DNA from: Eutreptiella sp. 'Long Island Sound 2002'
Taxonomy: Eukaryota; Protista; Euglenida
DNA: 64,000 bases
Direction: 5' to 3'
Assembly: GCA_964036045.1 (NCBI GenBank)
Contig: OZ038378.1
Location: forward strand, 33,108,001-33,172,000
In this document: positions 59,909 to 64,000 of the stretch, piece after piece
Layout: every line of letters begins with the position of its first letter
Position numbering within the stretch: the first letter of the stretch is position 1
Notes under the pieces: model-generated
Database searches by the model: none
Told to the model about the DNA's origin: nothing
Seen by the model: only the letters and a program-made list of their open reading frames with translations
Position numbers and translations under genes: made by a program

Positions 59909-60931
59909 CAGGTCGCTTGATGTCCGGGACAAATTGGAATGGGACAGGTGGGTACACCCCTGATCCCCGAACGCCAAATTGGTACAGCAGTCCTTGTAAC
60001 CAGTACTGCGTATTAAGAGCAATTCGTACCCTTGGAATGAAGAGGACAAGATGCTTAACATCCGGTTTTGGTGTGGGGCCTTGTCCCGCGTTCTATCGTG
60101 AGGAATCATGGAAGGCTAGGCTCCGTAGGCTAATTAGTCCCTGGTATTTGATAGGCTGCTCCCGTGGGAAGTGATCTATGATTGGCAGCAACAAGCCCAT
60201 GGAGTGGCAATAGGTCTGAAAACAACTTGAGCTCCAGGCCAATGGGCAGGGATGGTGGGGTAATGGGGATTCTCTTTTCTTCTTGCTCTGGTTTATTGTG
60301 CAAATTTACTTGTTACTGGCCTGTGTGTGTGTGTGTGTTTTCGGCGAATGTGCTCTCAGGACGTGTGTCTCTGGGTGGGTTTCAGTTGTGGGTGAATGGA
60401 TTGCCCTGCTTGGTGTGAGGTTAGTTAAGTGAGGGGTGGCAGCAGTGGATGGGAATGGGAATAAATGTTTGTCCTGGATTGATGCGATACCCCATGCTTT
60501 GCCTGGAGGTTTTGAGGGCCATTTCAGGGTACCCTGCACATGAGGAGACTTTCATTCTCTGCACATGAGGGGACTTTCATTCCCTGCAGATGAGGAGGCT
60601 TTCGTTCTTGATTGGTTGCCTGGTTTGAACTCAACTGGGGGTGACATGTGCATTTCACATTCAGAGTCCATGATGCATCTGCAAGCAGCTTTTCTTGTGT
60701 GCTGCGCGACTGTGCTCGCTCAGAGACACCACACATAACAGATTGTGGGTGAGGCGCTAATGAGGAGCTTCGTCACAACTTCATTGTATTGAAGCACATG
60801 GAAGGATGCAAAGGGAAAACTTTTTGCGTGTTGTAAATCCCCAAATTGCATGGTATGGTGCCTTCGTCATTGGGAAATCACTCCTCTTCCCTTCATAACA
60901 GGGTTTCTTTTTCCTTCGGCCTAAATGCCAC

Positions 60932-61079
60932 ATGGATGATGTAGAAGGTGGGCACTTACTTTCCATCGTAGATGAAGACGAAGATGACGACGAAGTTGGG
61001 ATGCCCACATCTTCTCAACCTCTCCCTCGGATATGGTCACAACACATCACCCAAGGAGACGTGCCTGCACCATCCATAG
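60932..61079 (+). CDS. Kelch-repeat protein, exon 1
   Basis: MDDVEGG...DEDEDDDE...RIWSQHITQGDVPAPSIG; phase-1 GT donor at 61080; acceptor-like AG ending 60901. Confidence 0.65.
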
Positions 61080-61568
61080 GTACACCTGAATAAATGTTTG
61101 CTCTTGCGAGGATTTGCGTGGGATTGTGAAAGAACACTTGAATGGATTTGGGCACTTGATTGCAATCTTCACTGAACGCCACTGAACGCCAGAACTCGTG
61201 TCGAACGTGAAGCGACAGGATGAGAAAGAGCTGTCCAGGTGATTTTGTCCACTGACTAGTGCCGTAACAAGGTACAACACAATAAGTGGGAATATGAACA
61301 AGCCGAAGGTGTTGCAAACCGAAGGTGCATAGTTTGGAAGCAGTTTAGTGAAGATGAATTTCAAAAGCAAACCTGGCAGTTTAGGAAATCATACATGTAT
61401 GGAAAGTTGCATACAAGCGCCCAAGCAACAAGACGCAAAGTCGCCAATCGCATCAAGACACCACATGACATAATGCCCGCATTTTCCATGGGTTCTCTTG
61501 AATGCTTCCTCTACGCAACACAAGCAATCCTCATACAACACCCGCACGCAGGTCCTCCCATCTTTCAG

Positions 61569-61885
61569 GCCACAGTTTGTTGACAATCGGCACTTCGTTA
61601 TACCTCTTCGGCGGGCACACTGAGAATGGCTTCAGTAATGAGGTCTATCGTCTCCAACCGTTGGCGGTAGATTTATCATGGCAAAGGGTTCGAGTGTCCG
61701 GAGACACGCCAAGGCCGTGCGCGGACCACGCAGCAATTTCATGTGGGACGGATATGTACTGCGTGGGAGGGATGGGGGAGGGGCAACTGTCCAACGATGT
61801 CCATATATTTGACACCGAAGAGGCCCGGTGGCGTCAAGTGATGCCCTCAGGACTTCCTTTCACAGCTTTGGAAGCAGCAGAAGAG
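61569..61885 (+). CDS. Kelch-repeat protein, exon 2 (later exons not identified)
   Basis: G|HSLLTIGTSLYLFGG...SNEVY...W...GDTPRPCADHAAI...MYCVGG...SNDVHIFD...W; TTTCAG acceptor ending 61568; GTACGT donor at 61886. Confidence 0.85.
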
Positions 61886-64000
61886 GTACGTGGCATGTTT
61901 CTTCTTTTATTGTCTCCGCCTTGGGACCCCTTTCGTGGGAGCAAAAAAACCTGTACTTGTATGTGTGCTCATGCACCAAGCAGCCACCCTCGGCTCTGGA
62001 GTTCCATGGCTTTTTGGAACTGTGCTGATTCGCATGGTTGTAGAGGTTGTTTAGCGATGGTGCCATCGAGGCGACAAATCGCTGTTCCACTCATTGCCTT
62101 TCTCTTGAGGGCCGAAATCGTTTTCCCAGGGGATTGCAGAACACATTTACGGAAAGCGGAAGAGTATTGCACTTTCTGCTGTTGAGGTTCTCATGGTCGC
62201 CAGAGGAGAGAGAAAACTGACATTTAACAAGAGTTGAAAAATTTTGTTGTCAAGTGAGTGCCGCCAGGTAGACTGTATGCAAGAATTCTTGGTGGACGAC
62301 AACTGTATACAAAAGAAATCTGAAAAGGATTGTAGTAGACTCTCAGAGTGGAGGGAAATCGCATGTGCTACGCCCTCGTTTTTTTTTTTCACCTTAGGTT
62401 GCCATTGGGTGCTTGCAGGGCGGGGATTTGGGGCTGGACCACAGACAGCTTAGTGCAATGCTCAGCCTCCACGACCGAAAAATCAAAAATCAACTCCCAC
62501 AAGTTCTTAGATCAGAATAAGGCGGGCATGCAGTTATGGGAAAAGCTACATTACCTTTTTTGTGGCCCGAGTCGCAGACCAAACGTAGCCTAAGAGATTC
62601 AGTTACAAGTTCAACCCCTTGTAAAAACCTCATGTCCAACATAAGTATGCCCAAATTATTTTTGCAGTTGTGACGCCCCATAGGTCCCTCATACTTCCCA
62701 CTAAAAATTGTATTTATATGTGGCTTTCCGTGTGATTTTCTGACGATTGGGAGTGGGGACAATATCAAAGAAAAGGGGCTCAAGAATTTTCGATTTTTAG
62801 GCTGTTAATGTTGACCGCTGCCTGAGCATTGTTGACCCTGTTTGCGCTGCAAGCAGCAATTTCTTTGCTTCACGGCCTGAAAACTTCAACAACTCAAAAT
62901 TTGAAATCTCTAAATCGGGTTTGGTTGTTATTATGTTATGATCATTCGCAATGGCCAAATATCACAAGCAACGCATGTTCTACACCCTCATTTCGATTTC
63001 GTACCCCTTTACCCATTCAGTGCTGGGGTTGGGGGGTCAGGGGCAGATATGGGGATACCACACCATTTTGTTGATGTAACAACCCCAGGTGGTTTTCTAA
63101 TTTTGAGGTGTAGACGCTGAAAATTACTCGAGTGGTTTGTACAGTGGTTTCTTGGTTTTCATGTGGGCCACGCCTGGCCCAGGCAGATAGAGGCTGCAGG
63201 ACATGTTCGTTGACATCCTGCTGCGGGTGATGACTGCTGTCAGCCTCCTCCCCCCCTCTAAACCCCTGCACGCCCCCTCAAAACCCTCCAACACACAAAT
63301 TGTCAGTGGGTAGTAGATTGAAAAAAAAATTAATGGGGGACAGTTTTACTCGACAGATTGAGGATTTTACAAGGGGCGCGACCCGCAACTAAACCCCTTG
63401 GGGATCTGGCCGAAAGGGGGTTATTTGGTTTTTCCTAAATGCGTTGGCTCTGCCTGGCTTTTGAGGTTGCAACTTCTGCGAGGTGTACGGGGGCCGATCC
63501 TGGTCAGGGCCTGACCCCAAAGGGGGGGCAGGTACCCCCCCTCCTCTATAGACCCCAAAATGGTTGTACAGAACAACGGGTTTTGTGGGCGCCAGAGGCA
63601 CCGGAGATTTTGTTTTAGGCATACGGCAGGGGGAAATTTTTTTGTTCGACCCTATGTGTCTGTAGTCAAAATACTCAGAATTTTGTGGAGAAAAGGATTT
63701 TGACCCCGACCCGGCCTCCGGGTCAGACCTTGGCTGATGGGAGCCTGAGTTGATGGGCAATTTTTTTTGAAAAAGATTTTACCCCACTTGTGCATATTCA
63801 AAATGATCAGTAAGTCATGGGGATCATTTTGAGGTATGTATGTTGGGGTACCCACCGACCCCTCCCGGGGGCCCCGGCGGCTGACCGCCCGACCCGCCGA
63901 CCCCCAAGGTTTGGGTCAACCAAGGGGGGGGGGGGGCGAGGGGTCCCCTCCCCCCCCTCGGGGGGGTGGGGTGTCTCCCCCCCCCCCACAGCCCCCCAAA

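Noticed and set aside
60932-61885. RAG2-like partner for the Transib-like transposase
   Set aside because: Lies 30 kb outside the TIRs and looks like an ordinary host Kelch protein.

Overview
Repeat-dense eukaryotic DNA, protist-like; the taxon cannot be determined from sequence alone. Host genes: an apparently intact two-exon GT10 fucosyltransferase-like gene (6441-7895 + 13347-13643), the first two exons of a Kelch-repeat gene (from 60932), a Slo/BK-like K+ channel pseudogene (about 16966-18590) and a cyclophilin-like segment with an internal 7x42-bp amplification (52934-53532). The rest is mostly mobile DNA: a piggyBac transposase pseudogene, nested TA-flanked pogo-like elements, a hAT-type non-autonomous element, at least three non-LTR retrotransposon families, a (GGGGACCTAT)n satellite of about 6 kb split by insertions, and 47-48-bp and pentamer tandem repeats. 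The most unusual feature is a 6209-bp DNA transposon (24795-31003) with 25-bp TIRs and a 5-bp TSD (TATGT) that an empty paralogous site supports. It carries a divergent DDE-like transposase with Transib/RAG1-like motif spacing, a spliced ParB/Srx-like gene, and 13 copies of the 20-bp palindrome CTGGCCGAAATTTCGGCCAG, mostly in clusters with about 70-bp periodicity. All domain calls come from motif recognition by eye, not from database searches.
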